Positions 39,895 through 48,967 of a stretch of 64,000 bases of DNA are shown here, in pieces. The position numbers and the translations under genes were made by a program. The notes beneath the pieces are model-generated. The model did no database searches. It worked only from the letters and a program-made list of their open reading frames with translations, and had not been told where the DNA came from. Numbering within the stretch: the stretch's first letter is position 1; each line of letters starts with the position of its first letter. Origin of the DNA: an uncultured Bacilli bacterium (GTDB lineage Bacteria > Bacillota_I > Bacilli_A > RF39 > UBA660); the NCBI GenBank assembly GCA_910587775.1, contig CAJUNF010000001.1, positions 34,770 to 98,769 of the forward strand, read 5' to 3'.

Positions 39895-42360
39895 ATGGAT
39901 AGAATAATTGAAAATAATATTGTTAATGAAGTAAAAGATTCTTTTTTAGATTATGCTATGAGTGTTATTACAGCTCGTGCTTTACCAGATTTGCGTGATG
40001 GATTAAAACCTGTTCATCGTCGTATTTTGTATTCGATGTATGAATCTAGTTATACTCCTGATAAACCTCATCGTAAAAGTGCAAGAATTGTTGGAGATGT
40101 AATGGGAAAATATCATCCTCATGGAGATTCTTCTATTTATGATGCAATGGTTCGTATGGCACAACCTTTTAGTTTCCGTCATATGCTTGTAGATGGACAT
40201 GGTAATTTTGGTAATATGGATGGCGATGGTGCCGCTGCAATGCGTTATACAGAGGCAAGACTGTCAAAGTTATCTCTTGAGATGATAAGAGATATTAATA
40301 AAGAAACAGTAAATTTTAGTCCGAATTTTGATGAAACAGAGAAAGAACCTGAAATTTTGCCTAGTAGATTCCCTAATATTTTAGTAAATGGAACTATGGG
40401 AATTGCAGTTGGAATGGCTACTAATATACCTCCACACAACTTGGGTGAAGTAATTGATGGTTGTGTAGCTTATATTGATAATCATGAAATAACAACTGAT
40501 GAATTAATGCAATTTATTAAAGGTCCAGATTTTCCGACTGGAGCGACTATTTTAGGTAATAGTGGTATTAAAAAAGCTTATGAAACAGGTCGTGGATCAA
40601 TCACAATTCGTGGAAAAGTTGAAATTGAGGAAAATAATGGCAGATCTCGTATTATTGTTACAGAATTGCCATATCAAGTGAATAAAGCTGAATTTCAGTC
40701 ACGTATTGGAGAACTTGTTAGAGATAAAATTATTGATGGTATTAGCGAATTACACGAGGAATCTAATCTAGAAAATCCAGTGCGAGTTGTTATTTATTTA
40801 AAAAGAGATGCAAATGCAAATGTTGTTTTGAATAATTTGTATAAGCATACACAGTTACAAACAACTTTTGGTATTAATTTCTTGATGTTAGATCAGCAAT
40901 CTCCTAAAATTTTACCATTAAAAGATATTATTTCTAAATACATTGATTATCAAAAAGAGATAATTATTCGAAGAACACAATATGATTTGAGAAAAGCACA
41001 AGAACGTGTACACATTTTAGAAGGCTTAAAGATTGCTTTAGATCATTTAGATGAAGTAATTAAGATAATTAGAGAATCTAAAACAGATGTGATCGCAAAA
41101 GAACAATTAATGCAACGTTTTGGTTTAGATGATATTCAAGCTAATGCTATTCTTGAAATGAAATTGCGTCGTTTAACTGGATTAGAACGAGAAAAGATAG
41201 AAAATGAGCTATCGGAATTATTAAAGACTATAGAAGAATTACAAGCAATATTAGCAAGTGAAGAGAAAGTTTTAGCTATAATAAAAACTGAACTTTTAGA
41301 AATAAAAAATAAATATGCTGATGAGCGACGTACAAATATAGATATGACTGCAATTGAATATATTGAGGATGAATCTTTAATTCCAGTAGAAAATATAATG
41401 ATTGCTTTGACAAATAAGGGTTATATTAAACGTACTACTGTAGACACCTTTAAATCTCAAAATAGAGGTGGAGTTGGTGTTAAAGGTATGGGTACAAACG
41501 AAGAAGATTTTGTAGATCATTTAATCAACTTATCCACACACGATTACGCTTTATTTTTTACAAATAAAGGTAAAGTATATAGATTAAAAGGATATGAGAT
41601 TCCTGAATTTAACCGTCAATCAAAAGGATTACCAATTATTAATTTGTTACAAATTGAAAAAGATGAGATGATTAATAGCGTAATAAGTATTGGCAATGAA
41701 CACGATTATAAATATTTATTATTTGTAACTAAAAATGGAATTGTTAAGAAGACTGCTATTAATGAGTTTGATAATATTCGAACATCTGGTAAAATATGCA
41801 TTAATTTAAGAGATAATGATGAGTTAATAGCAGTGAAAAAAACTACAGGAAATAATTTGATATTATTGGGCTCTAGTGCTGGTAGAATGGTTAAATTTGA
41901 TGAAAATGAGCTTAGAGTAATGGGAAGAACAGCAACAGGTGTACGAGGTATTAATTTAACTGAAGCATTCTGTGTAGGTGCAGAAATTGCAACTGATGAA
42001 GATAAAGTATTAATAGTAACTGAAAAAGGATACGGAAAACAAACGAATGTTTGCGAATATAGAGGCACTAAACGAGGAAGTAAAGGAGTAAAAGCTTTAA
42101 ATGTAACTGAAAAGAATGGTAATATATCAGCATTTAAAGTAGTTAGAGAAAATCAAGATGTAATAATCATTACTGATACAGGTATGTTAATTAGAATGCC
42201 TTTAGATCAAGTTTCAACTTTAGGTCGTGTTACCCAAGGTATTCGTTTGATTCATTTGAAAGATAATCAAAAAGTATCAACTATAAGCTTGGTGGATCAT
42301 GAAGAAAAAACAACTTGTGAAGATTCATCTATACCAGAAAACTTTTTAGAAGAAGAATAA
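39895..42360 (+). CDS. gyrA: DNA gyrase subunit A
   Basis: An active-site Tyr region ([10 protein letters not shown]), a QRDR and C-terminal beta-pinwheel repeats. 821 aa. Confidence 0.95.
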   Translation: MDRIIENNIVNEVKDSFLDYAMSVITARALPDLRDGLKPVHRRILYSMYESSYTPDKPHRKSARIVGDVMGKYHPHGDSSIYDAMVRMAQPFSFRHMLVDGHGNFGNMDGDGAAAMRYTEARLSKLSLEMIRDINKETVNFSPNFDETEKEPEILPSRFPNILVNGTMGIAVGMATNIPPHNLGEVIDGCVAYIDNHEITTDELMQFIKGPDFPTGATILGNSGIKKAYETGRGSITIRGKVEIEENNGRSRIIVTELPYQVNKAEFQSRIGELVRDKIIDGISELHEESNLENPVRVVIYLKRDANANVVLNNLYKHTQLQTTFGINFLMLDQQSPKILPLKDIISKYIDYQKEIIIRRTQYDLRKAQERVHILEGLKIALDHLDEVIKIIRESKTDVIAKEQLMQRFGLDDIQANAILEMKLRRLTGLEREKIENELSELLKTIEELQAILASEEKVLAIIKTELLEIKNKYADERRTNIDMTAIEYIEDESLIPVENIMIALTNKGYIKRTTVDTFKSQNRGGVGVKGMGTNEEDFVDHLINLSTHDYALFFTNKGKVYRLKGYEIPEFNRQSKGLPIINLLQIEKDEMINSVISIGNEHDYKYLLFVTKNGIVKKTAINEFDNIRTSGKICINLRDNDELIAVKKTTGNNLILLGSSAGRMVKFDENELRVMGRTATGVRGINLTEAFCVGAEIATDEDKVLIVTEKGYGKQTNVCEYRGTKRGSKGVKALNVTEKNGNISAFKVVRENQDVIIITDTGMLIRMPLDQVSTLGRVTQGIRLIHLKDNQKVSTISLVDHEEKTTCEDSSIPENFLEEE

Positions 42361-42372
42361 TAATTTTAAGAA

Positions 42373-42388
42373 TGTTCCACGTGGAACA
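42373..42388. promoter_or_regulatory. parS site 1
   Basis: TGTTCCACGTGGAACA is a perfect 16-bp palindrome. It is one symmetric position off the Firmicutes parS consensus TGTTNCACGTGAAACA. Confidence 0.75.
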
Positions 42389-42572
42389 TTCTTTTATGTT
42401 GATAACTTCTTTTTTGCGATAAGAGAAGAATTGATTATAAATTTTTATTTTTCTTAAACAATCATATAGTTTAATATTTAATTTAATATAATATATCCTT
42501 AACTATTAGAATTTTTTTGGTAAAATACATTATTTTTAACCTTTTTTATCTGTAAATTTAGTAAATCTATTA

Positions 42573-42588
42573 TGTTCCACGTGGAACG
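42573..42588. promoter_or_regulatory. parS site 2
   Basis: TGTTCCACGTGGAACG matches site 1 at 15 of 16 positions. Confidence 0.7.
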
Positions 42589-42663
42589 TGTGCATAACTT
42601 GTATTTAATAAACATCAAATAAGTTAGATATTGGATACAAAATAAAACTATTGTTGATAAATA

Positions 42664-42679
42664 TGTTTCACGTGGAACA
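42664..42679. promoter_or_regulatory. parS site 3
   Basis: TGTTTCACGTGGAACA matches the consensus TGTTTCACGTGAAACA at 15 of 16 positions. Confidence 0.75.
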
Positions 42680-42690
42680 TATAAGAAAAG

Positions 42691-42719
42691 TTGATAAATA
42701 AATCTTTATTTGCTAAAAT
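42691..42719 (+). promoter_or_regulatory. sigma-A promoter for the SRP RNA
   Basis: TTGATA (42691-96), a 17-nt spacer, then TAAAAT (42714-19). The TSS is predicted at about 42726. Confidence 0.5.
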
Positions 42720-42723
42720 GTAC

Positions 42724-42803
42724 TTGTGCAACAAATATATTGCAAACTGGTCAGGATCGGAAGATAGCAGCCAATGTAATCCCTGTTTGTGTGCACTTTT
42801 TTT
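42724..42803 (+). ncRNA. ffs: signal recognition particle RNA, short 4.5S-like form
   Basis: GGUCAGGAUCGGAAGAUAGCAGCC matches the universally conserved domain IV motif GUCAGGUCCGGAAGGAAGCAGC. This comprises a GGAA tetraloop and CAGG/AGCAG loops. The 5' end (GUGCAACAAA) pairs with the 3' end (UUUGUGUGCAC) to close a single hairpin, followed by a U7 terminator tract. It lies in the tadA-dnaX neighbourhood, where ffs sits in Bacillus. Confidence 0.6.
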
Positions 42804-42817
42804 ATTGAGGTGTAACT

Positions 42818-43231
42818 ATGAATAAATACTTTGAAATTTGCTTAAAATTATCAAAAAAAGCTTCCAAAATAGGAGAAGTACCTATTGGAGCAGTAATCGT
42901 TTTAGATGGTAAAATTATAGCAAAAGCATATAATTTAAGGGAAAAAAAGCATGATATAACAGCACATGCTGAGATTTTGGCTATAAAAAAAGCTTCTAAA
43001 TTATTAAAACGCTGGAATTTGAAAGAATGTGAATTATATGTCTCTTTGGAACCTTGTTCAATGTGTGCAAGTGTAATACAACAAGCTAGAATTTCAAATG
43101 TTTATTATTTGTGTGAAAAATTGGATTATAAAAAAGAATACAATAAAACAAAGTATTTTAATAATAAGGACCAAAAATTATTAATAGAATATCAGGGTAT
43201 TTTATCTAGATTTTTTTCAAGTAAAAGATAG
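42818..43231 (+). CDS. tadA: tRNA-specific adenosine deaminase
   Basis: HAEILAIKKAS (HAE) and LEPCSMCA (PCxxC) zinc-deaminase motifs. 137 aa. Confidence 0.85.
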   Translation: MNKYFEICLKLSKKASKIGEVPIGAVIVLDGKIIAKAYNLREKKHDITAHAEILAIKKASKLLKRWNLKECELYVSLEPCSMCASVIQQARISNVYYLCEKLDYKKEYNKTKYFNNKDQKLLIEYQGILSRFFSSKR

Positions 43232-43273
43232 TATTTTAGAAGTAATATGATATAATTATTGTGGTGATTTTAT

Positions 43274-44932
43274 ATGGAATACAAAGTATTTTATAGAAAA
43301 TATCGTCCTGATAGCTTTAAAAATATCATTGGACAAGATTATTCTAAAAATATGCTTCAAAATGCAGTAAAAAACAGTAAAATTTCTCATGCTTATATTT
43401 TTACTGGACCAAGAGGGACTGGTAAGACTAGTACTGCTAAAGTATTTGCTAAAGCTATAAACTGTGAACAGCCAATTAATGGGGAAGCATGTGGGAAATG
43501 TAATTCTTGTATAAATTTTTCAACAAGTTCAGATATTATCGAAATAGATGCTGCATCTAATAATGGAGTAGATGAAGTTAGAGAATTAATTAATAATGTC
43601 AAAATTGCTCCTACTAATAGTAAATTTAAGATTTATATTATAGATGAAGTTCATATGATGACACAAAGCGCATTTAATGCTTTACTTTTGACTTTAGAAG
43701 AACCACCTAAACATGTAATTTTTATAATGGCTACAACTAATATAGAAAGCGTTCCTATTACTATTTTATCAAGATGTCAGCGTTTTGATTTTAAAAAATT
43801 TAGTATAGAAGAATTAACGTCACAAATTAATTATGTTTGTAGTGAAGAAGGTATACATATTGCTCCAGAAGCAGCATTAGAAATTGCTTATATTTCTGAA
43901 GGTGGTATGCGGGATGCTTTGAGTTTACTAGATCAGCTTTCTTCTTCGAATAATGAAATTACGATAGAAGATATATTATCAAGCTATGGTTCTATTTCTA
44001 CTGTATTTATCAAAAATATGCTTAGTAATATTTTATCTGGAAATGTTGGAGCAATACTTGAACAATTTAATGAATTGAAGAATTCTTCTAGTGATTATAA
44101 AATTTTTATAAAGAAATTAATTCAAGAATTAGTTCATTATGCAATTCAGTTAAAAACAGAGTATGTATCATCTAATTTAACTTATGAGCAAATAAAAAGC
44201 TTAGTTTTTGATTTAAATGAATGTATGAATCGTACTAATATAAATATTAATCCATATATTTTGATTGAGCTTTCTGTGCTTAATTATGTTAAATCATCTA
44301 ATTTAGAAAAAAATGAAAATGATAGTTTTCAAAATAAAGAAGAAGCATTGGAAAATGAAATAAGTATTGTAAAAGAAAAGGTAGAATTCCAGAAAAAAGA
44401 GGAATCGAGTCCATTAAGTATTATAGAAGATACTCAAGAATCTCATGAGATTACAACGGAAACACCAAATTTTATGGAACTAAAAAGTATAAGAGTTAAT
44501 AACTGCTTTTGTAGTGCTCAAAAAAATATCTTGGCAGAATTAAAAAATGTTTGGAAGGATCTGGCATTATCTCCAATACCAGATGACATTATCAGTTTAT
44601 TACTGGATTCAAATATCGTTGCTGCTTCTTCAACTTATGCCATTATTTCTACTAATCTGGAGAGTACTTCAATATTGATTAATAACCGTATTACTGAAAT
44701 AGGAGATTATCTTTGTGAATTATTTGAAAAAGAAATGAAATTTATTGCTTTGAGTGAAGAGGAGTGGCAAAAAGAAAAAGCGAATTATGTAAGTAATATA
44801 AAAAATGGAAAAGTATATCAGATTATTTCTGAAAAAGAAGAATTAAATGTACCTACTGATGTATCCGATAAATCTAATTTAGAAAAAGTTGCTCAAGAAT
44901 TATTTGATCATGATAAAATAGAAATTGTTTAG
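43274..44932 (+). CDS. dnaX: DNA polymerase III subunit gamma/tau
   Basis: Walker A GPRGTGKTSTAK, a zinc module CGKCNSC, and a DEVHMM box. Confidence 0.9.
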   Translation: MEYKVFYRKYRPDSFKNIIGQDYSKNMLQNAVKNSKISHAYIFTGPRGTGKTSTAKVFAKAINCEQPINGEACGKCNSCINFSTSSDIIEIDAASNNGVDEVRELINNVKIAPTNSKFKIYIIDEVHMMTQSAFNALLLTLEEPPKHVIFIMATTNIESVPITILSRCQRFDFKKFSIEELTSQINYVCSEEGIHIAPEAALEIAYISEGGMRDALSLLDQLSSSNNEITIEDILSSYGSISTVFIKNMLSNILSGNVGAILEQFNELKNSSSDYKIFIKKLIQELVHYAIQLKTEYVSSNLTYEQIKSLVFDLNECMNRTNININPYILIELSVLNYVKSSNLEKNENDSFQNKEEALENEISIVKEKVEFQKKEESSPLSIIEDTQESHEITTETPNFMELKSIRVNNCFCSAQKNILAELKNVWKDLALSPIPDDIISLLLDSNIVAASSTYAIISTNLESTSILINNRITEIGDYLCELFEKEMKFIALSEEEWQKEKANYVSNIKNGKVYQIISEKEELNVPTDVSDKSNLEKVAQELFDHDKIEIV

Positions 44933-44949
44933 AAAGAAGGAGTTTTTTT

Positions 44950-45249
44950 ATGAATATGCAAAATATTATGGCGCAAGCTCAAAAAATGCAAAGAGACTTA
45001 CAAAAAAAGAAAGAAGAATTAAATCAAGAATTATTTCCCGGGAAATCTGATTGGGTAGAAGTTGTGTTTAATGGTAAAAAAGAATTAATTTCTGTTAAAA
45101 TTTTATTTGATGGAGATATTACTTCAGAAGATAAAGAAATGTTAGAGGATATGTTTTCTTTAGCGGTAAAAGATTCTATGAATAAAATTGACAAAGCATT
45201 TCAAGATAAAATGGGATCTTATGCAAGTATGCTTGATGGTTTAATGTAA
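44950..45249 (+). CDS. ybaB: nucleoid-associated protein YbaB/EbfC
   Basis: 99 aa beginning MNMQNIMAQAQKMQRDLQKK. It is in the conserved dnaX-ybaB-recR arrangement. Confidence 0.85.
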   Translation: MNMQNIMAQAQKMQRDLQKKKEELNQELFPGKSDWVEVVFNGKKELISVKILFDGDITSEDKEMLEDMFSLAVKDSMNKIDKAFQDKMGSYASMLDGLM

Positions 45250-45250
45250 T

Positions 45251-45853
45251 ATGATATATCCAGAAAAATTAGAAAAAATAATTGAATTTTATAAAAAGTT
45301 ACCTGGCATAGGTGAGAAAAGTGCTGAGAGATTGGCTTTAGCTACTTTAGATATTAAAGAAGCAGAGATTTTGGATTTTGCTGAAGGTATAAAGGAAGCA
45401 AAAAAGTATTTACATCCTTGTAGCATTTGTGGTCATTTAACTGATCAGGAAATTTGTTCTATTTGTTCTGATAGTGGGAGAGAAAAAAATTTAATTTGTG
45501 TAATTGAAGATTACAAAAGCGTTTTTTCTTTTGAAAAAGTTGGTAATTATCGTGGTGTATATCATGTTTTAAATGGTCTTATTTCTCCTATGGAAAATAT
45601 CGGAGCAGATGATATTAATTTATCATCTTTAGCTCAAAGAGTTGATCATTTAGAAAATCCAGAAATTATTTTAGCTTTAAAATCTTCAATTGAAGGAGAA
45701 ACGACAACACTTTATATTAAAAAGATATTTGAGGGCAAAAATGCAGTTATTTCTCGTTTATCATATGGATTGCCAATGGGAGCAGAAATAGATTATATAG
45801 ATACTATAACTTTGGATAGAGCATTAAGTGATCGTAAGCAAATTTCGTCATAA
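45251..45853 (+). CDS. recR: recombination protein RecR
   Basis: A C4 zinc finger (CSICGHLTDQEICSIC) and a Toprim domain. 200 aa. Confidence 0.9.
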   Translation: MIYPEKLEKIIEFYKKLPGIGEKSAERLALATLDIKEAEILDFAEGIKEAKKYLHPCSICGHLTDQEICSICSDSGREKNLICVIEDYKSVFSFEKVGNYRGVYHVLNGLISPMENIGADDINLSSLAQRVDHLENPEIILALKSSIEGETTTLYIKKIFEGKNAVISRLSYGLPMGAEIDYIDTITLDRALSDRKQISS

Positions 45854-45891
45854 ATTATAAAACTTTTTCATATATCTTACAGAGGGATATT

Positions 45892-46080
45892 ATGATAAAA
45901 CTAATAATAAATATATTAAAAAGAATAGTAATCAGCTTTTTTATACTTTATGGATTTAATTTATTAGTAAATTCTATTCAGATTTTTATTCCTATTAATG
46001 TTGTAACAATCGGAACTGTAACATGTCTAGGTTTTGCTGGTTTATTATCTTTAGTGGCTCTATTTTTTTTAGTTAAATAA
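45892..46080 (+). CDS. bofA: BofA-like small membrane protein (pro-sigma-K processing inhibitor family)
   Basis: Two TM helices. IFIPINVVTIG resembles BofA IHVPINLVT. It is in the position that bofA occupies after recR in Bacillus. Confidence 0.5.
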   Translation: MIKLIINILKRIVISFFILYGFNLLVNSIQIFIPINVVTIGTVTCLGFAGLLSLVALFFLVK

Positions 46081-46095
46081 TAGTAGGTGGTAGTA

Positions 46096-46923
46096 ATGCA
46101 AAGTAGTCAAATTAGTCAAATTCTTGATCATTATCATGAGAATCGTCTTTCTCATGCTTTTTTGATTGAAACTAATTCTCAAGAATCTTGTTTAAAGGAT
46201 TTAAAAAAATTACTTTCAGAACTTAATTGTGATAGTACTTATCAAGAAGAATGCAATCAATGTAATTTATGTCATTTAATTCAAACAGAAAGTTTGCCAA
46301 GTTTGATTATTGTACGTCCTGATGGTTTAAATATTAGAAAAGATCAAATTTTAGAATTAAAAAAAAGATTTAGTATGAAGCCTATTTATTCAAAATTTAA
46401 TATGTATGTTATAATGAATTCTGAAAAATTAAATGTTTCTTCTGCAAATACTATTTTAAAATTTTTAGAAGAACCCGAAGAAGGAATATTAGGATTTTTT
46501 TTAACAAATAATAAAGAGAATATAATAGATACTATAAAAAGTCGATGTCAGATTATTGTTAATAACTATTCTGATTTTGAAATTCAGCAAGATGAAGCCA
46601 TTTTAAATGAAACAATTTCTTTGATAAAAGAAATTCATTTATCAAAAGAGAAAGCAATGTTATATGTTAAAAGTCATATTGGTAATTTTGGCAAAGATCG
46701 CTTATCATTAATCTTTCAAAAGATGCTTGATATATACATGTATTTTTATGAATTGAAGTTTAATCAGATGAGTGTTATGTATTCTGATTTATCATTTCTT
46801 CTTCAGAAAAGTGAAGAATTGCTGTTATTTCAAATGAATTTAATTCAAACTTTAGAAAAAGAAATAAATTCGAATGTAAATATAAATCTTTTATTGGATC
46901 GCTTAGTTTTAGAAACGAGGTAA
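46096..46923 (+). CDS. holB: DNA polymerase III delta-prime subunit
   Basis: A degenerate AAA+ clamp-loader fold with HAFLIE... and a zinc module. The start is set at ATG 46096, which has an AGGTGG RBS. Confidence 0.8.
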   Translation: MQSSQISQILDHYHENRLSHAFLIETNSQESCLKDLKKLLSELNCDSTYQEECNQCNLCHLIQTESLPSLIIVRPDGLNIRKDQILELKKRFSMKPIYSKFNMYVIMNSEKLNVSSANTILKFLEEPEEGILGFFLTNNKENIIDTIKSRCQIIVNNYSDFEIQQDEAILNETISLIKEIHLSKEKAMLYVKSHIGNFGKDRLSLIFQKMLDIYMYFYELKFNQMSVMYSDLSFLLQKSEELLLFQMNLIQTLEKEINSNVNINLLLDRLVLETR

Positions 46924-46925
46924 TT

Positions 46926-47717
46926 ATGAATGTTTATGGTGTAATATTACGAGAAAAAGGTAAAATATACTATTTTGATGGTGGCAATTTGAAGTTATCT
47001 AATAATGTTACTGTCATAGTAGAAACAGAAAAAGGCTTACAATTTGGAAAAGTAGTAATGAAATTGTCTCAAGATAAAGCTGATGAATTTAAAGAAAATT
47101 TGAAAACAATTTTACGAGTTAGTACAAAAAAGGATTTTGATCAGTATTTAAAAAATTTAAAAGATGCTAAGATATCTTTAAATAAAGCAAAGGAAATTGC
47201 TGCTAATTTAGGATTGAATATGCATTTTTTAGACGCTGAATACACATTTGATCGAAAACAGTTACTTTTTAGTTTTTATGCTGATGAGAGAGTTGATTTT
47301 CGTGATCTTGCTAAAAAGTTAGCAAGTATTTATAGAACAAGAATTGAATTACGTCAAGTAGGAGCTCGTGATAAAGCTGAACAAATTGGTGGTATTGGTC
47401 CATGTGGAAGAGAACTTTGTTGTTCTAGTTTTTTAACTCGTTTAACTCCTGTTTCTATGAATATGGCTAAAAATCAAAATATTGCTTTGAATCCTTCCAA
47501 AATTAATGGTTGTTGTGGAAGATTATTATGTTGTTTAACTTATGAAGATGATGAATATGTTCGTTGTCTTAAGGGGTTACCATCTGTTGGGCAAAAACTT
47601 CAAACAAAATATGGGCTTGGTGTGGTAAAAAGTATTGATATTTTACAACGTAAATATTCTGTTATGATTGATGGTGAAGAAAAGGAATTTACAATGGATG
47701 AAAAAGATATTAAATGA
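46926..47717 (+). CDS. ricT: RicT/YaaT (PSP1 domain) regulatory iron-sulfur protein
   Basis: A Cys cluster (GPCGRELCCSSFL...NGCCGRLLCCLTYE) typical of YaaT/PSP1. It lies downstream of holB. Confidence 0.85.
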   Translation: MNVYGVILREKGKIYYFDGGNLKLSNNVTVIVETEKGLQFGKVVMKLSQDKADEFKENLKTILRVSTKKDFDQYLKNLKDAKISLNKAKEIAANLGLNMHFLDAEYTFDRKQLLFSFYADERVDFRDLAKKLASIYRTRIELRQVGARDKAEQIGGIGPCGRELCCSSFLTRLTPVSMNMAKNQNIALNPSKINGCCGRLLCCLTYEDDEYVRCLKGLPSVGQKLQTKYGLGVVKSIDILQRKYSVMIDGEEKEFTMDEKDIK

Positions 47718-48411
47718 TTTATATGATTATAAAGATATGAAAATTTATCAATATGAAGAAGCTTTTAAATTTTCTTTAGATTCTATTTTGTTAGCAGAAT
47801 TAGTTCAAATACATAAAAATGATAAAAATATTTTAGATTTATGTACAGGTAATGCGGTTGTTCCTTTAATTTTATCTACTAAAACTGATTTACCTATTAC
47901 TGGAATCGAATATCAAACTCTTATTTGGGATCTTGCAAATTTATCAATAAATTATAATCATAAGGAGAAACAAATAATCTGTATCAATGATGATATTTTA
48001 AATCTTGATAAATATTTCCCGGGAAATAATTTTGATATAATAACTTGTAATCCTCCATATTTTAAATATCACAGTAAAGACTTCTTAAATCAAGAAGAAT
48101 TGAAACAAATTGCACGTCATGAGGTTAAAGTAACTTTAGAGAATGTAATACAAATTGCATCCATGAATATAAAAAATAAAGGTAACTTTTATATGGTTCA
48201 TATTTGTGAAAGATTACAAGAAATTTTAATTTTGTTAGAAAAGTATCAGTTTCGTATGAAAGATCTATATTTGGTATATCCTAATAGAAAGAGTAAATCG
48301 TTTTTAGTCTTGTTTCGTGCCATAAAGGGCGGTAATATAGGTATGAAAGTTCATGAACCAATTTTTTTAGATGAGCTAAATACTTATCAAAATATGTTTA
48401 AAGGAGAATAG
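47698..48411 (+). CDS. tRNA (adenine37-N6)-methyltransferase-like protein (YabB/TrmN6 family)
   Basis: SAM-binding DLCTGNAVVP and the catalytic NPPY (ITCNPPYF). The start is uncertain between 47668, 47698 and 47737. Confidence 0.65.
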   Translation: MKKILNDLYDYKDMKIYQYEEAFKFSLDSILLAELVQIHKNDKNILDLCTGNAVVPLILSTKTDLPITGIEYQTLIWDLANLSINYNHKEKQIICINDDILNLDKYFPGNNFDIITCNPPYFKYHSKDFLNQEELKQIARHEVKVTLENVIQIASMNIKNKGNFYMVHICERLQEILILLEKYQFRMKDLYLVYPNRKSKSFLVLFRAIKGGNIGMKVHEPIFLDELNTYQNMFKGE

Positions 48412-48413
48412 AT

Positions 48414-48965
48414 ATGAAATTAATTGTTGGTCTTGGAAATCCAGGACAGGAATATTCTAATACTAGACATAATGTGGGTTTTATGGTTTTAGACTCTTTT
48501 TTAAATGATGTATCTTGGCAATCAAAATTTAATGGTTTGTATTATAAGACGACTATAGAAGGTGAGTCAGTTATTTTTCTAAAACCAACAACATACATGA
48601 ATCTTTCTGGACAATCAGTACAACAATTTACTAATTATTTTCATATAGATATTTCTGATATTTTGATTATACATGATGATTTAGATTTACCATTAGGAAA
48701 TTATAAGCTAAAACGGAATTCTTCGTCAGGTGGGCATAATGGATTAAAATCTATTATAAATTGTTTGCATAGTGAAGCTTTTTTGCGCTTGAAAGTTGGA
48801 GTTACTTATCATAGAAATGAAAATACTATTGATTATGTATTAGGAAAATTTTCAAAAGCAGAATTAACACTTTTAGAAGAGAATTATTTACATTATCATA
48901 AAATTATTTGTTCATTTATTCAAAATGGTGTTGAGAAAACATTAATGAATTTTAGTAAAAAATAG
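48414..48965 (+). CDS. pth: peptidyl-tRNA hydrolase
   Basis: MKLIVGLGNPGQEYSNTRHNVGF is the canonical Pth N-terminus. Confidence 0.9.
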   Translation: MKLIVGLGNPGQEYSNTRHNVGFMVLDSFLNDVSWQSKFNGLYYKTTIEGESVIFLKPTTYMNLSGQSVQQFTNYFHIDISDILIIHDDLDLPLGNYKLKRNSSSGGHNGLKSIINCLHSEAFLRLKVGVTYHRNENTIDYVLGKFSKAELTLLEENYLHYHKIICSFIQNGVEKTLMNFSKK

Positions 48966-48967
48966 AG

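Noticed and set aside
42361-42720. An rRNA operon or tRNA genes after gyrA, as seen in Bacillus
   Set aside because: There are only 457 nt of AT-rich sequence here. No tRNA T-arm (GGTTCGAATCC-like) or rRNA sequence is present. The region instead holds parS sites and the ffs promoter.
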